From assembly GCA_043755815.1 (NCBI GenBank), contig JAYUSF010000220.1:14361-78360 (forward strand): DNA of 64,000 nucleotides. The letters run 5' to 3'. Positions 1 through 8,206 of this stretch are shown here, piece by piece. The position numbers were made by a program, and so were the translations under genes. Position 1 is the first letter of the stretch, and every line of letters starts with the position of its first letter. This DNA is from Verrucomicrobiota bacterium. GTDB lineage: Bacteria > Verrucomicrobiota > Verrucomicrobiia > Limisphaerales > UBA9464. The notes below the pieces were generated by a model. That model ran no database searches. It saw nothing but the letters and a program-made list of their open reading frames with translations, and was not told where the DNA came from.

Positions 1-498
1 GCGGTCGTGTTCGTGCTGGGCCTGACGGCGGCGACTTTCAACAGTGCGGACTCGGTCCTGACCACGCTAACCACTTCGTTCTGCATCGACTTCCTCCGAC
101 TGAACGAGCGCACCGACCTCGACGAGGCGGCCCGGGCACGGCGCCGCCACTGGGTGCACATTGGTTTCGCCGCCGTGTTGCTGACCGTGATCATGATCTT
201 TCGCGCCTTCAATGACGCCTCGGTCATCTCCACCGTGCTCAAGGTTGCCGGCTACACCTACGGCCCGCTGCTCGGGTTGTTCGTGCTCGGCATGTCGACG
301 CGACTGTCGGTGCGTGACCGCTGGGTGCCCGCCCTGTGTTTCATTGCCCCTCCGTTGTGCTGGCTGTTGGACCGGAATTCCGCGGCCTGGTTTCACGGCT
401 ACAAGTTCGGCTTCGAGCTGCTCATGCTGAACGGGTTGATCACCGCCGCGGGAATCATGCTTTTCGCGCGAAGATCGAATCCCGAGAAAGCTCGGTAG
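1..498 (+). CDS. sodium:solute symporter (SSF)-like membrane transporter, C-terminal portion (5' end outside window)
   Basis: Frame 1 is open from base 1 to the TAG at 496-498 (track ORF 7..498). The product is a run of hydrophobic TM-like segments (GFAAVLLTVIMIF, YGPLLGLFVLGM, ALCFIAPPLCWLL, LLMLNGLITAAGIMLF) like the last helices of SSF permeases. The family call is from recall only. Confidence 0.5.
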   Translation, partial: AVVFVLGLTAATFNSADSVLTTLTTSFCIDFLRLNERTDLDEAARARRRHWVHIGFAAVLLTVIMIFRAFNDASVISTVLKVAGYTYGPLLGLFVLGMSTRLSVRDRWVPALCFIAPPLCWLLDRNSAAWFHGYKFGFELLMLNGLITAAGIMLFARRSNPEKAR

Positions 499-604
499 GC
501 CGCCGCCATCCGCGCGAAGCCAGAAAAAAGGCAGGGCGACCGGTTCGCGATCGCCCTGCTGAACGGACCCCACTTGGATGGTTGGCAGGTTAGGAAACGC
601 TGGC

Positions 605-648
605 AGAAAGAGAAAACCCGGCGGCCAGTGGGAAATCCAGCCGCCGGG
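605..648 (-). terminator. putative Rho-independent terminator for the minus-strand hscB-side genes
   Basis: A 9-bp GC stem (617-625 cccggcggc pairs with 640-648 gccgccggg) has a 14-nt loop. On the minus strand it is followed by a T-rich tract (ttttctctttct, complement of 605-616). It lies 8 nt past the stop of ORF 656..931. Confidence 0.45.
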
Positions 649-655
649 CCAGTTG

Positions 656-931
656 TCATGAAGCGGCGCGCCTTGCCTGTTCGCCCGGCGCGGTCGAGGT
701 GGAAGGTTGGACTTGTGTCCCGGCGCTGAGGGCCTGGACGGCGGGTATCACTTCGAGTCGTTGGGCGGCTTTCAGTGTTTTTTCCACGAACGAGACGAAC
801 GCATCATCGGTGCCAACCGCAGATAAGCCGAGATTGCTGGTGAATCCCGCCAACGGACTGAACACAACGCGGCACCGTGTCGCCTTTTGCCCACACAAGG
901 TGCCAAAAGTTGCCGCATGGAGTGGGAGCAA
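656..931 (-). CDS. hypothetical small protein (91 aa) downstream of hscB
   Basis: The ORF starts 10 nt after the hscB stop on the same strand and is followed by the hairpin/T-tract at 605-648. Third-position GC is lower than in neighbouring genes and I recognised no family, so coding status is uncertain. Confidence 0.3.
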   Translation of the reverse strand: MLPLHAATFGTLCGQKATRCRVVFSPLAGFTSNLGLSAVGTDDAFVSFVEKTLKAAQRLEVIPAVQALSAGTQVQPSTSTAPGEQARRAAS

Positions 932-941
932 CGACCTCGGA

Positions 942-1562
942 TCACATCGCCAACTGGACGATTCGCTCCTGCACCTGCTCGGTCCAGCGGGCCACGTAGC
1001 TCATCGCCCGGTAGATCTGCTCCAATCGGTCCAGCGGCAAAGCGCCCAGACGTTCAGGCGAACCTATGGCCGGCGCGGCCTCCCAAGCGGCATTGAGCTG
1101 CCTGAGCTCGATGATGAACTCGTCGCGCTTGGCGTTCACCCGGCCCTGAAGCGCCTGCAAACGGTCCAGCCAGTCCAATCCTTCCTGCATCAGGCACAGC
1201 TTGAGCATGGGCGACTCCGCGGCGGACTTGCGCTTCAGGAACTCGTCGGCGTCGCGGCAGCTCTGACCGACTTCGACGAACAGATCCATCGTCCCCGGGG
1301 GGATGCGCTGCACGTCCCTGGGTTTGCCGCCGGCCTCGAGTTCCAGCAGGTGGAGCAGCCGGTCGCGCGGTTCGCGAAGCGTGTTGTAGGCGGCGTTCAG
1401 CTCCGCGTAACGGGTGTTTGCGGCGGCCTTCTCGGCTTCCGAAGCCGAATGAACCCGATCGGGATGCACCGCGGTCGAAAGCGGCAGGAAACGGCCCTTA
1501 AGCGCTTCGGCGTCCAGCCAAGGCCGGCGGGGTTCGGAAAGCAGGGCGAAGGCGTCGGTCAT
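942..1562 (-). CDS. hscB: HscB-like J-domain co-chaperone for Fe-S cluster assembly
   Basis: The N-terminal J-domain has the HPD tripeptide (STAVHPDRV). The layout DAFALLSEP...LDAEALKGRFL...HPDR...AAANTRYAELNAAYNTLREPRDRLLHLLEL parallels E. coli HscB. A helical C-terminal half follows, and an A-type Fe-S carrier gene lies in the same orientation. Confidence 0.75.
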   Translation of the reverse strand: MTDAFALLSEPRRPWLDAEALKGRFLPLSTAVHPDRVHSASEAEKAAANTRYAELNAAYNTLREPRDRLLHLLELEAGGKPRDVQRIPPGTMDLFVEVGQSCRDADEFLKRKSAAESPMLKLCLMQEGLDWLDRLQALQGRVNAKRDEFIIELRQLNAAWEAAPAIGSPERLGALPLDRLEQIYRAMSYVARWTEQVQERIVQLAM

Positions 1563-1639
1563 GGGGGCTGAATTCGGGGCTAATTACCACAAGGTGGATT
1601 TACCAACGCGGTCACGAACGCTGCGGTAACTCCCCAATG

Positions 1640-1909
1640 TCAAATGGTCGACAGGCTGATGATGAACCAAAAGCTGAACGGACTTTTCTTTCGAGAAACA
1701 ACCTGTCCTCCACGGCCCCGAAAATAGCCTCGACCTACGGCTTGGACCCAAACTGAGACGACCATCCAGTCTAAAAAGGAAAAGAGCAGTGAAGCCCAAA
1801 GGCTACCGCAGCGATAACCCCAAAGCAGCGCCACCGATACGGTTGGCAGGAGCAAGCTCCACAGCCACTTGGCGTTGGGGTTCGCCGCAACCAATTTCAT
1901 GCTCGCCAC
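1640..1909 (-). CDS. hypothetical small membrane protein (89 aa)
   Basis: The ORF sits between the A-type carrier and hscB on the same strand and starts about 10 nt after the carrier stop. It has two Trp/Leu-rich hydrophobic segments (WLWSLLLPTVSVALLW, LWASLLFSFLDWMVVSVWV). The local GC dip and lack of any recognised family keep confidence low. Confidence 0.3.
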   Translation of the reverse strand: MASMKLVAANPNAKWLWSLLLPTVSVALLWGYRCGSLWASLLFSFLDWMVVSVWVQAVGRGYFRGRGGQVVSRKKSPFSFWFIISLSTI

Positions 1910-1919
1910 GAAAGGTGGT

Positions 1920-2321
1920 TCACGCGCTGAAACTCTCGCCGCACGAGCAGCTCGTCGCGGCGTTCGGGTTCTTCACCTTGAAGCCGCCTTCGGTCAGGGC
2001 GTCGGAATAGTCCAGTTCGCTGCCGGTCACATAGAGGGCGCTCTTGGGGTCCACGACCACCCGCACCCCGCAGCTCTCGACGAGGATGTCGCGGTTCTGC
2101 GGCTGGTCCTGCAGGTCCATCTTGTATTGCAGGCCCGAGCAGCCGCCACCCACGACCGCCACCCGGAGCACGCCGCTGGGCCGCCCCTGCTTGGTCAGCA
2201 GCGACGACACCTTGTGCCCGGCGGAGCCCGTGAGCTTGATCAGCCGCTCGTCGCCCACACGAAAACTAGGCTGGGCCGCAGCGGCGGCGGTGGCAGAAGC
2301 TCCAATCTTTCCGGCAATCAT
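1920..2321 (-). CDS. A-type iron-sulfur cluster insertion/carrier protein (IscA/ErpA/HesB family)
   Basis: It has the GGGCSGLQYKM motif and the C-terminal SCSCGESFSA (C-x-C-G-x-S-F) cysteine ligand motif. The body VLRVAVVGGGCSG...VVVDPKSALYVTGSELDY is typical of the family. The track ORF extends to 2414, but ATG at 2321 (MIAGKIG...) gives a family-typical 133 aa and avoids overlap with the upstream gene. Confidence 0.85.
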   Translation of the reverse strand: MIAGKIGASATAAAAAQPSFRVGDERLIKLTGSAGHKVSSLLTKQGRPSGVLRVAVVGGGCSGLQYKMDLQDQPQNRDILVESCGVRVVVDPKSALYVTGSELDYSDALTEGGFKVKNPNAATSCSCGESFSA

Positions 2322-2407
2322 GACGTGGCCACGGTAGGGTTCGCCCGCCGGAGCGTCAACGAACGCAGCCTGTGTTCTGAGGTGTCCAGAAAACCGGCGC
2401 CCTTCGT

Positions 2408-3025
2408 TCAGCAATTCGCGTATTTCCAGTTCCGTGGTTTACCTTCGGCCAGCCATTCGAGCGTGGTCGCGAGCCGTTGGGCCCGGGTTTCCGGCCGCTT
2501 CGCCTCGGTGACCCATTCCACGTATTCCTTGCGATGGCTGTAGCTGAAACCGTCGAAGGCCTTCGCCGCGGCCTTGTTCTTCTTCAGCGCGGCCTGCAAG
2601 TCATCCGGGACGGTCAGTGCCTTATTGGTCTTCCCAGTTGCGGCGGGCCGTGGGCGGCCGGGCGTATCAATGAGGTTCAGCTCGACCGCGTGCCTGAGGT
2701 AACGGATCAGCGTCCGGTCGTCGGGCAGGTCGTCCAAGCAGGTGATCTTGCCCATCAGTCCCATGGCCTCGTCGCTCGCGTGACCGTCGGCGGCGAGCAG
2801 TGTTTCCATGTCCTGATGCCAGAAGCCGAAGGTGCAGTGGGCTTTGAAGGCGGCCATGCTGCACAGGATTTTCCCGTTGGAGACGAAATTTGGGAAACTC
2901 CACTTCTTCGTCTCCTCGACGGTCGGACAGGCCCGGTGAACAAGTTCCCGGAGATGACGGAGGATCGGTCGGGCAAAGGGAGCCGCGGCGGCGATGTAGG
3001 CGTCCACCCAAGGATCGGTTTTCAT
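2408..3025 (-). CDS. YdeI/DUF1801-type protein (YdhG-like N-domain plus YdeI/OmpD-associated C-domain)
   Basis: The N-terminal half (VDAYIAAAAPFARPILRHLRELVH...WSFPNFVSNGKILCSMAAFKAHCTFGFW) and the C-terminal half (PDDLQAALKKNKAAAKAFDGFSYSHRKEYVEWVTEAKRPETRAQRL) match remembered signatures of DUF1801 and YdeI domains. Confidence 0.7.
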   Translation of the reverse strand: MKTDPWVDAYIAAAAPFARPILRHLRELVHRACPTVEETKKWSFPNFVSNGKILCSMAAFKAHCTFGFWHQDMETLLAADGHASDEAMGLMGKITCLDDLPDDRTLIRYLRHAVELNLIDTPGRPRPAATGKTNKALTVPDDLQAALKKNKAAAKAFDGFSYSHRKEYVEWVTEAKRPETRAQRLATTLEWLAEGKPRNWKYANC

Positions 3026-3070
3026 GGCGGTGGTGGAATTGAACCACCCACGGCCGATGACGCGAGGGGA

Positions 3071-4078
3071 TTATGCCGCCCGCGGTTGGAACTTCGAGGT
3101 GGCCGCCAGCTTCTCCCACAGGGCGCGTTCTTCCTCGGTGAGCTGGCCCGGGACCTTCACCCACAGCTTCACGTAAAGTTCGCCCCGTTCGGCGGTCTGG
3201 CCTTTGGGCAGACCGTGGCCGCGGACCCGGAGCTGCTGACCCGAATTGGTGCCGGCCGGGATGCGCACGCCGACGCTGCCGGTGAGCGTGGGCACGGTCA
3301 GCGTGGTTCCGAGGACGGCTTCCCACGGTGCCAGGTCCACCTCGGTCACGAGGTCGACCCCCTGCACGGTGAAGTCCGGATGGGGCGAAATCCGGACGCG
3401 TAGCAAGAGGTCGCCGGCCAGGCCGCCGCCCGCGCCGGCCTCTCCCTTGCCGGCCACGCGGATCATCTGGCCTTCCTGCACTCCGGCCGGAATCCGCACC
3501 TTGAAGCTGTGCGATTCGGTTTCGCCGCTGCGCGAGTTGACCCGGCGGAAGGAAACCTGACGCAGGGATCCGTTCATCACCTCGTCGAGGCTGACCGCGA
3601 GGTCGCCCTCGACGTCGGAACCGCGGGTCATGAACTGGGCTTCGGGGCTGCCGCCGGTCTCCTGAAACGGCCGGAAGCCGCCGCCCCCGCGGGCGCCGAA
3701 GAACTGCTCGAAGAAATCGCTGAAGCCGGTGCCGCCGAACTGGAATTCGGAATCGTCACCCGAAGGGCCGGCGCGCCGTGAACGTCGCCGGGCGCCACCG
3801 TCGTTCCCGTAGGGTTCCCAACCCGGTGGTGGCTGGAAGCCGGACCCCTGCTTCCAGTTGGCGCCGAGGGTGTCGTATTTCTTCCGGTTCTCCGGATCCC
3901 CAAGGACTTCGTAGGCCTCGTTGATCTCCTTGAACTTGTTTTCGGCTCCCTTCTTATCGGTCGCCACATCGGGGTGATATTTCCGGGCAAGCTGACGGTA
4001 AGCCTTCTTGAGTTCGTCGGCCGACGCCGTGCGTGGGACCCCGAGGGTGGCGTAGTAATCTTTGAAATCAGGTCCCAT
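3071..4078 (-). CDS. cbpA: DnaJ-class chaperone without zinc finger (CbpA-like curved-DNA-binding protein)
   Basis: The J-domain is canonical (DYYATLGVPRTASADELKKAYRQLARKYHPDV...FKEINEAYEVLGDPENRKKYD). A G/F-rich linker and two DnaJ C-terminal beta domains follow, and there is no CxxCxGxG zinc finger. The start is set to ATG 4078 (MGPDFKDYY). The 35-codon upstream extension in the track (to 4183) has no homology-like content. Confidence 0.85.
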   Translation of the reverse strand: MGPDFKDYYATLGVPRTASADELKKAYRQLARKYHPDVATDKKGAENKFKEINEAYEVLGDPENRKKYDTLGANWKQGSGFQPPPGWEPYGNDGGARRRSRRAGPSGDDSEFQFGGTGFSDFFEQFFGARGGGGFRPFQETGGSPEAQFMTRGSDVEGDLAVSLDEVMNGSLRQVSFRRVNSRSGETESHSFKVRIPAGVQEGQMIRVAGKGEAGAGGGLAGDLLLRVRISPHPDFTVQGVDLVTEVDLAPWEAVLGTTLTVPTLTGSVGVRIPAGTNSGQQLRVRGHGLPKGQTAERGELYVKLWVKVPGQLTEEERALWEKLAATSKFQPRAA

Positions 4079-4412
4079 GTGTGGCGGGCAGAGCAATAGC
4101 CGGGGAAACGGATTTCGTAAAACCACAGTTCGCGGGAACCGGGAGGAAGGCGTTCGGACTTGGCCGCCGTGCCCGATCCGCACGCCGGTTTGCCCCTGTC
4201 TCAGGCCGGCGCGCCACCGATTTCCCGCCTGTCACAACAGACCGCTACAAATTGTCCCGCGAAGGCACTAGGTGTTTACGCGACGAGGCAGCCCGTCTCG
4301 TCGAAATGGCGAAAAACCGGGGAATCCGGCGGAGTCAAAGTTCCGGCATACGGACTGCAAAGTGAGCGGCAGAGGACGCGAAGGTCGCGTCTACAAAATG
4401 AAAGGAAATGCC

Positions 4413-4880
4413 ATGACAACCAACGTGCCTGTTCGTCGTAACCAGACTTATCCGGTGAGCCCGTTCGCCACGCTGCTCAACTTGGGCCGGGACTTTGACC
4501 GGCTCTTGGAATCGCCCTTCGCCGCCCTCGGGCGGGAAGGTTTGCAGACGGCCTTTGCGCCGGCTCTCGAGGTCCGTGAGGATGCCGACAACATCACGGT
4601 GACGGCGGAACTGCCGGGCGTGGAAAAGAAAGACGTCAACGTCACTTTCCATGACGGTGTTCTGACCATCTCCGGTGAGCGCAAACAGGAGCGTGAGGTG
4701 AAGGAAGGCGAGTATCTCCGTTCCGAGCGGTATTACGGACGTTTCGAGCGTCAGGTGGGGGTTTCGACGCCCATTGAGGCCGACAAGATCAAAGCCGCCT
4801 GCAAAGACGGCGTGCTGACGGTGACGCTCCCGAAAAGTGCCTTGGCCAAACCCAAGACCATCGACATCGGTGTGAACTGA
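4413..4880 (+). CDS. Hsp20/alpha-crystallin family small heat-shock protein
   Basis: The alpha-crystallin core is present (PALEVREDADNITVTAELPGVEKKDVNVTFHDGVLTISGERK...RSERYYGRFERQV...ADKIKAACKDGVLTVTLPK). The start is set to ATG 4413, which follows aaggaa (4402-4407). The track ORF begins at 4272. Confidence 0.9.
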   Translation: MTTNVPVRRNQTYPVSPFATLLNLGRDFDRLLESPFAALGREGLQTAFAPALEVREDADNITVTAELPGVEKKDVNVTFHDGVLTISGERKQEREVKEGEYLRSERYYGRFERQVGVSTPIEADKIKAACKDGVLTVTLPKSALAKPKTIDIGVN

Positions 4881-4921
4881 GCGTCGCGGCTGAAGAAATC
4901 AGCGGACAGCCGCCGTTGTGG

Positions 4922-4956
4922 GCCCGTGGGGTAAGAGAACCCCACGGGCTTTTCAT
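4922..4956 (+). terminator. Rho-independent terminator after hsp20
   Basis: A perfect 9-bp stem (cccgtgggg 4922-4930 pairs with ccccacggg 4939-4947) has an 8-nt loop and is followed by cttttcatt. It lies 42 nt after the hsp20 stop. Confidence 0.65.
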
Positions 4957-4981
4957 TGCGGCTGGAAAGCCGCCACTCCGC

Positions 4982-6394
4982 TCAGCCGAGCACCGAATCC
5001 CGCATCACCCCATAGATCTGGGTGGATACCAGTTCCGGACCGGGCAGGTGCCCCGGTGCGATCACGATGGGCCAATCCTCGCGGCTGGCGGGGCGGCATC
5101 CGTGTGATCCCTTCACCAGCGACGCGTCGAGCGGAATGACGTCCATGAGCATGCGGAAGCCGAGCTTCTTCTGCAGCAGGCGCCAGGCGATCTTGAGCTT
5201 CACTGCGGGGATGGCGGGGTCGAGAAACAGTTCCACCGGATCGTAGCCGGGCTTCCGGTGGATATCCACGCAGCGCGCGAAGTCCGGCGCCCGGGCGTCA
5301 TCGAGCCAGTAGTAGTAGGAGAACCAGGCATTTTCCTGCGCCACCGCGACAAGGTCGCCTGCCCGCGGATGCGCGAGGCCGTTTTCAACCTTGGACGCAA
5401 AGTCCCAAACTTCCGCCACGCCGGGCGTCGCTTCCAACAGCGCCTGAACCTCGTCCTGCACCGACGGGTCGTTCACGTGGATGTGGGCAAACTGATGATC
5501 CGCGACCGCGAAGGCCTTCGAGTTGCCCGTGTCGAGCAGTTCGAACCCGAGTTCTTCCCGGACCGTGAGCCAGCCCCGTTTGCGGAATTCGCGGTTGAGG
5601 TGGATCGGCGTGTCCACCGGCGTGATGCCGTATTCGCTGAGCATGATCACCTGAACGCCGCGCCGGCTAAAGAAGTCCAGCAGGTCGCCCACAATGGCGT
5701 CGATCCGGCGGAGATCGTCCACAATCGCAGGATGCTTCGGACCCAGCCTCTGCAGGTTGTAGTCGAGGTGGGGCAGGTAAACGAGGTTGAGCGTGGGCCG
5801 GTGCTTTTCCTCCACCCACTTCGCTGAATTGGCGATCCAGCGGGTCGCGGCCTCGGGTTCGCCCTGCGGTGATTTCACCCCCGCCGCCGGCCCCCAAAAG
5901 GTGGCGAAGGGGAACTCCCCAAGGTCGCGCTTGATGGCCGGCCGCAGGTCGCTCGGCCAGGAATAGATGTCGAAGAACTTCCGCCCGTCCGCCGGATACA
6001 TCGGGCGCGGCGTGATCGACCAGTCGGCGCCGGAATACATGTTGAACCACCAGAACAGCTTTGCGCAGGTGAAGGCCGGGTTGGTCGCCTTGAGCTCGTC
6101 CCAGAGCTTCGGCGCGGTGACGACGTGGTTCGACTGCTTCCAGAAATGAACCTCGCTGAGTTCCCGGTTAAACCAGCCGTTGGCCACGATGCCGTGGATG
6201 CTCGGCCGGTGCCCGGTGAGGTAGTCCGACTGCGCAGTGCAAGTGACCGCCGGCAGGGCCGGATCAATGACGGCGTGCGGATTGCCCTGAAAATAGGCGC
6301 GCAGGCGCGGCGTGTGTTCGCCGATGAGCCCGCGCGTGAGGCCGACGACGTTGAGAACTGCGGTGCGTGTCACGGGCCGACATCGGAGAGCCAA
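4982..6394 (-). CDS. alkaline-phosphatase-superfamily nucleotide pyrophosphatase/phosphodiesterase (NPP)-like protein
   Basis: This 470-aa product has the N-terminus VLNVVGLTRGLIGEHTPRL, then TCTAQSDYLTGHRPSIHGIVANGW, then LVYLPHLDYNLQRLGP and a late HG(C)RP motif. These resemble type I phosphodiesterase/NPP family members. The assignment is from recall. Confidence 0.7.
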   Translation of the reverse strand: MALRCRPVTRTAVLNVVGLTRGLIGEHTPRLRAYFQGNPHAVIDPALPAVTCTAQSDYLTGHRPSIHGIVANGWFNRELSEVHFWKQSNHVVTAPKLWDELKATNPAFTCAKLFWWFNMYSGADWSITPRPMYPADGRKFFDIYSWPSDLRPAIKRDLGEFPFATFWGPAAGVKSPQGEPEAATRWIANSAKWVEEKHRPTLNLVYLPHLDYNLQRLGPKHPAIVDDLRRIDAIVGDLLDFFSRRGVQVIMLSEYGITPVDTPIHLNREFRKRGWLTVREELGFELLDTGNSKAFAVADHQFAHIHVNDPSVQDEVQALLEATPGVAEVWDFASKVENGLAHPRAGDLVAVAQENAWFSYYYWLDDARAPDFARCVDIHRKPGYDPVELFLDPAIPAVKLKIAWRLLQKKLGFRMLMDVIPLDASLVKGSHGCRPASREDWPIVIAPGHLPGPELVSTQIYGVMRDSVLG

Positions 6395-6498
6395 AACTGT
6401 TCCGGGTAAAGCGGCTGGTTTGGGAAAGCGCGGCCGTCGATGGAGACTGCCCCGTTCTTGGGCTTCTCTCCCGCGGGCCGGTTACCTAGCGTCGTCCC

Positions 6499-7845
6499 GT
6501 GAAACTTGCCCAGCTTCAGGCCGCGGTGAAGGCCGGCTCCATTGACACCGTCCTCGTCGCCATTCCCGATCCCTTCGGCCGGCTCGTCGGCAAGCGGTTC
6601 CGCGCCGACTACTTCCTCGATTCCGTGGTGAAGTCCGGCACGCACGGCTGCAACTACCTCCTCACCGTCAACATGGAGATGGACCCGCTCGACGGGTTCA
6701 AGGTTGCCAACTGGGACGCCGGCTTCGGCGATTTCGAGATGCGGCCCGACCTCGACACGATCCGCGTGCTGCCGTGGCAGCCGGGCGCCGCGTTGGTGCT
6801 CTGCGACTTCCTCAAGCACGACGGTTCGCTGGTGGCCGAGGCGCCGCGGTCGGTGCTGCGCCGCCAGTTGGACCGCGTCGCGAAGCTGGGCATGACGTGC
6901 TTCTGCGCGAGCGAGCTGGAGTTTTACCTCTTCAACCAGACCTTCCACTCCGCCTTCACCGACGGTTACCGGAACCTCCAGCCGTCGAGCGATTACCGCA
7001 TCGATTACCACCTCATGCAGCCCACGCGCGACGAGCCGCTGATGCGCGCGCTGCGCAACCAGCTCACTGCCGCCCGGGTGCCGGTCGAGAGCAGCAAGGG
7101 CGAGTGGAGCCGCGGCCAGCACGAGATCAACTTCACCTACGACCAGCCACTCCCGATGGCCGACATGCACGTCCTCTTCAAGCAGGGCGTTAAGGAGATC
7201 ACCGAGCAGCACGGCAAGGCCGTCACCTTCATGGCGAAGTATTCGCCGAGCGAGGCCGGCAACTCGTGCCACATCCACATGAGCCTGTGGAAGGGTGGCA
7301 AGAACGCCTTCTGGGATGCGAAGGCGCACGCCGGCTCGAAGCTGTTCCGGCAGTTTCTCGGCGGCCTGATGAAGTATTCGCCCGAGCTGTGCCTGTTCTA
7401 CGGACCGACGATCAACAGCTATAAACGCTACCAGCCCGGTTCCTGGGCGCCCACGCGCATGGCCTGGGCGACGGACAACCGCACGACCGGTTTCCGCGTC
7501 GTCGGTCACGGCAACGGCTACCGCCCCGAGAACCGCATGCCCGGCGCCGACGCGAATCCGTATCTCGCCTTTGCCGGCATGCTCGCGGCCGGCCTCGCGG
7601 GCATTGAAGAGAATCTCGACTGCGGCCCGGCCTACGAGGGCAACGCCTACCTCGATCCCCAGCTGACCCGCCTTCCGAGCTCCCTGCGCGACGCCACGGA
7701 CCTGTTCGAGCAATCCGCACTCGCGAAGTCCGCGTTCGGCGCGGAAGTGGTCGAGTTCTACGCCCACCATGCGCGGCTGGAACACCAGGCCTTCGGTGAC
7801 GCCGTGACCGACTGGGAGAAGCAGCGGTATTTCGAGCGGATTTGA
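6499..7845 (+). CDS. glutamine synthetase family protein (type I-like, gamma-glutamyl-amine ligase/PuuA-GlnA3-like)
   Basis: GS catalytic-domain motifs are present: SELEFYLF, EWSRGQHEINFTY, NSCHIHMSLW, TTGFRVVG..., ENRMPGADANPYLAFAGMLAAGLAGIEE. It is 448 aa, divergent from the NPP-like gene. Confidence 0.85.
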   Translation: MKLAQLQAAVKAGSIDTVLVAIPDPFGRLVGKRFRADYFLDSVVKSGTHGCNYLLTVNMEMDPLDGFKVANWDAGFGDFEMRPDLDTIRVLPWQPGAALVLCDFLKHDGSLVAEAPRSVLRRQLDRVAKLGMTCFCASELEFYLFNQTFHSAFTDGYRNLQPSSDYRIDYHLMQPTRDEPLMRALRNQLTAARVPVESSKGEWSRGQHEINFTYDQPLPMADMHVLFKQGVKEITEQHGKAVTFMAKYSPSEAGNSCHIHMSLWKGGKNAFWDAKAHAGSKLFRQFLGGLMKYSPELCLFYGPTINSYKRYQPGSWAPTRMAWATDNRTTGFRVVGHGNGYRPENRMPGADANPYLAFAGMLAAGLAGIEENLDCGPAYEGNAYLDPQLTRLPSSLRDATDLFEQSALAKSAFGAEVVEFYAHHARLEHQAFGDAVTDWEKQRYFERI

Positions 7846-7846
7846 A
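7798..7846. repeat. direct repeat copy 1 (49 bp, GS-gene 3' end including stop codon)
   Basis: gacgccgtgaccgactgggagaagcagcggtatttcgagcggatttgaa is identical to 12019-12067. Confidence 0.95.
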
Positions 7847-7848
7847 AC

Positions 7849-8015
7849 GTAGGGCAAGCTGCCAGCCTGCCCGGCAGAATCTTCGATAGCTCTGCAAGCG
7901 TCTCCGGCAGCGGAGCGCCGAGCATCGCTCGGCTCGGATTGGCCGCTGGTCGTCCTGGCCGAGCAATGCTCGGCGCTCCGGCAAACACGAGGGACAGGCT
8001 GGCAGCCTGTCCTAC
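7849..8015. repeat. nested palindromic (hairpin-forming) intergenic repeat element, REP/MITE-like
   Basis: The outer arms are gtagggcaagctgccagcctgccc (7849-7872) and gggacaggctggcagcctgtcctac (7991-8015), about 21/24 complementary. The inner arms are cggagcgccgagcatcgctcggc (7911-7933) and gccgagcaatgctcggcgctccg (7958-7980), complementary with one mismatch. Each inner arm is itself a small hairpin. Confidence 0.8.
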
Positions 8016-8206
8016 TCGGTGGCCCGACTGCACGGCGGTGTAGCTGGCGTCGAGGGCGGGACGTGCGTCCAGCAGGTCGTATCATTGAGCCGGATGTTCA
8101 AATCGGGACCGAAGCCGAGCTTTGCCGGGCGATCCGGTAGCGGCTCAACTTCAGCAAGACGGCCCTTGCTCGGCATGATGGTCGGGGGTTCCAACCCGTT
8201 GGTCTG

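Noticed and set aside
4079-4412. Upstream extensions of cbpA (to 4183) and hsp20 (from 4272), and the small ORFs 4062..4441 in the divergent intergenic region.
   Set aside because: The extensions add basic low-complexity residues ahead of perfectly aligned family N-termini (MGPDFKDYY..., MTTNVPVRR...). An SD-like aaggaa precedes ATG 4413. The other ORFs overlap one another in a regulatory region.
6370-8085. A 571-aa minus-strand ORF, representative of many long ORFs in the track. Others are 12006..13736, 12898..14061, 17509..19686, 21153..23312, 23358..25349, 25362..26834, 27776..28951, 29127..30443, 30461..31576, 32569..34200, 36516..37757, 37994..39527, 42360..43826, 44862..46274, 48227..49717, 50021..51295, 51490..52419, 53917..55290, 55321..57826, 62937..63978 and 699..1571.
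   Set aside because: Each lies antisense to, or out of frame within, a gene that has clear family motifs. Their products are Arg/Ala/Gly/Pro-rich low-complexity strings with no motifs. Long shadow ORFs like these are expected in ~65-70% GC DNA because stop codons are rare.
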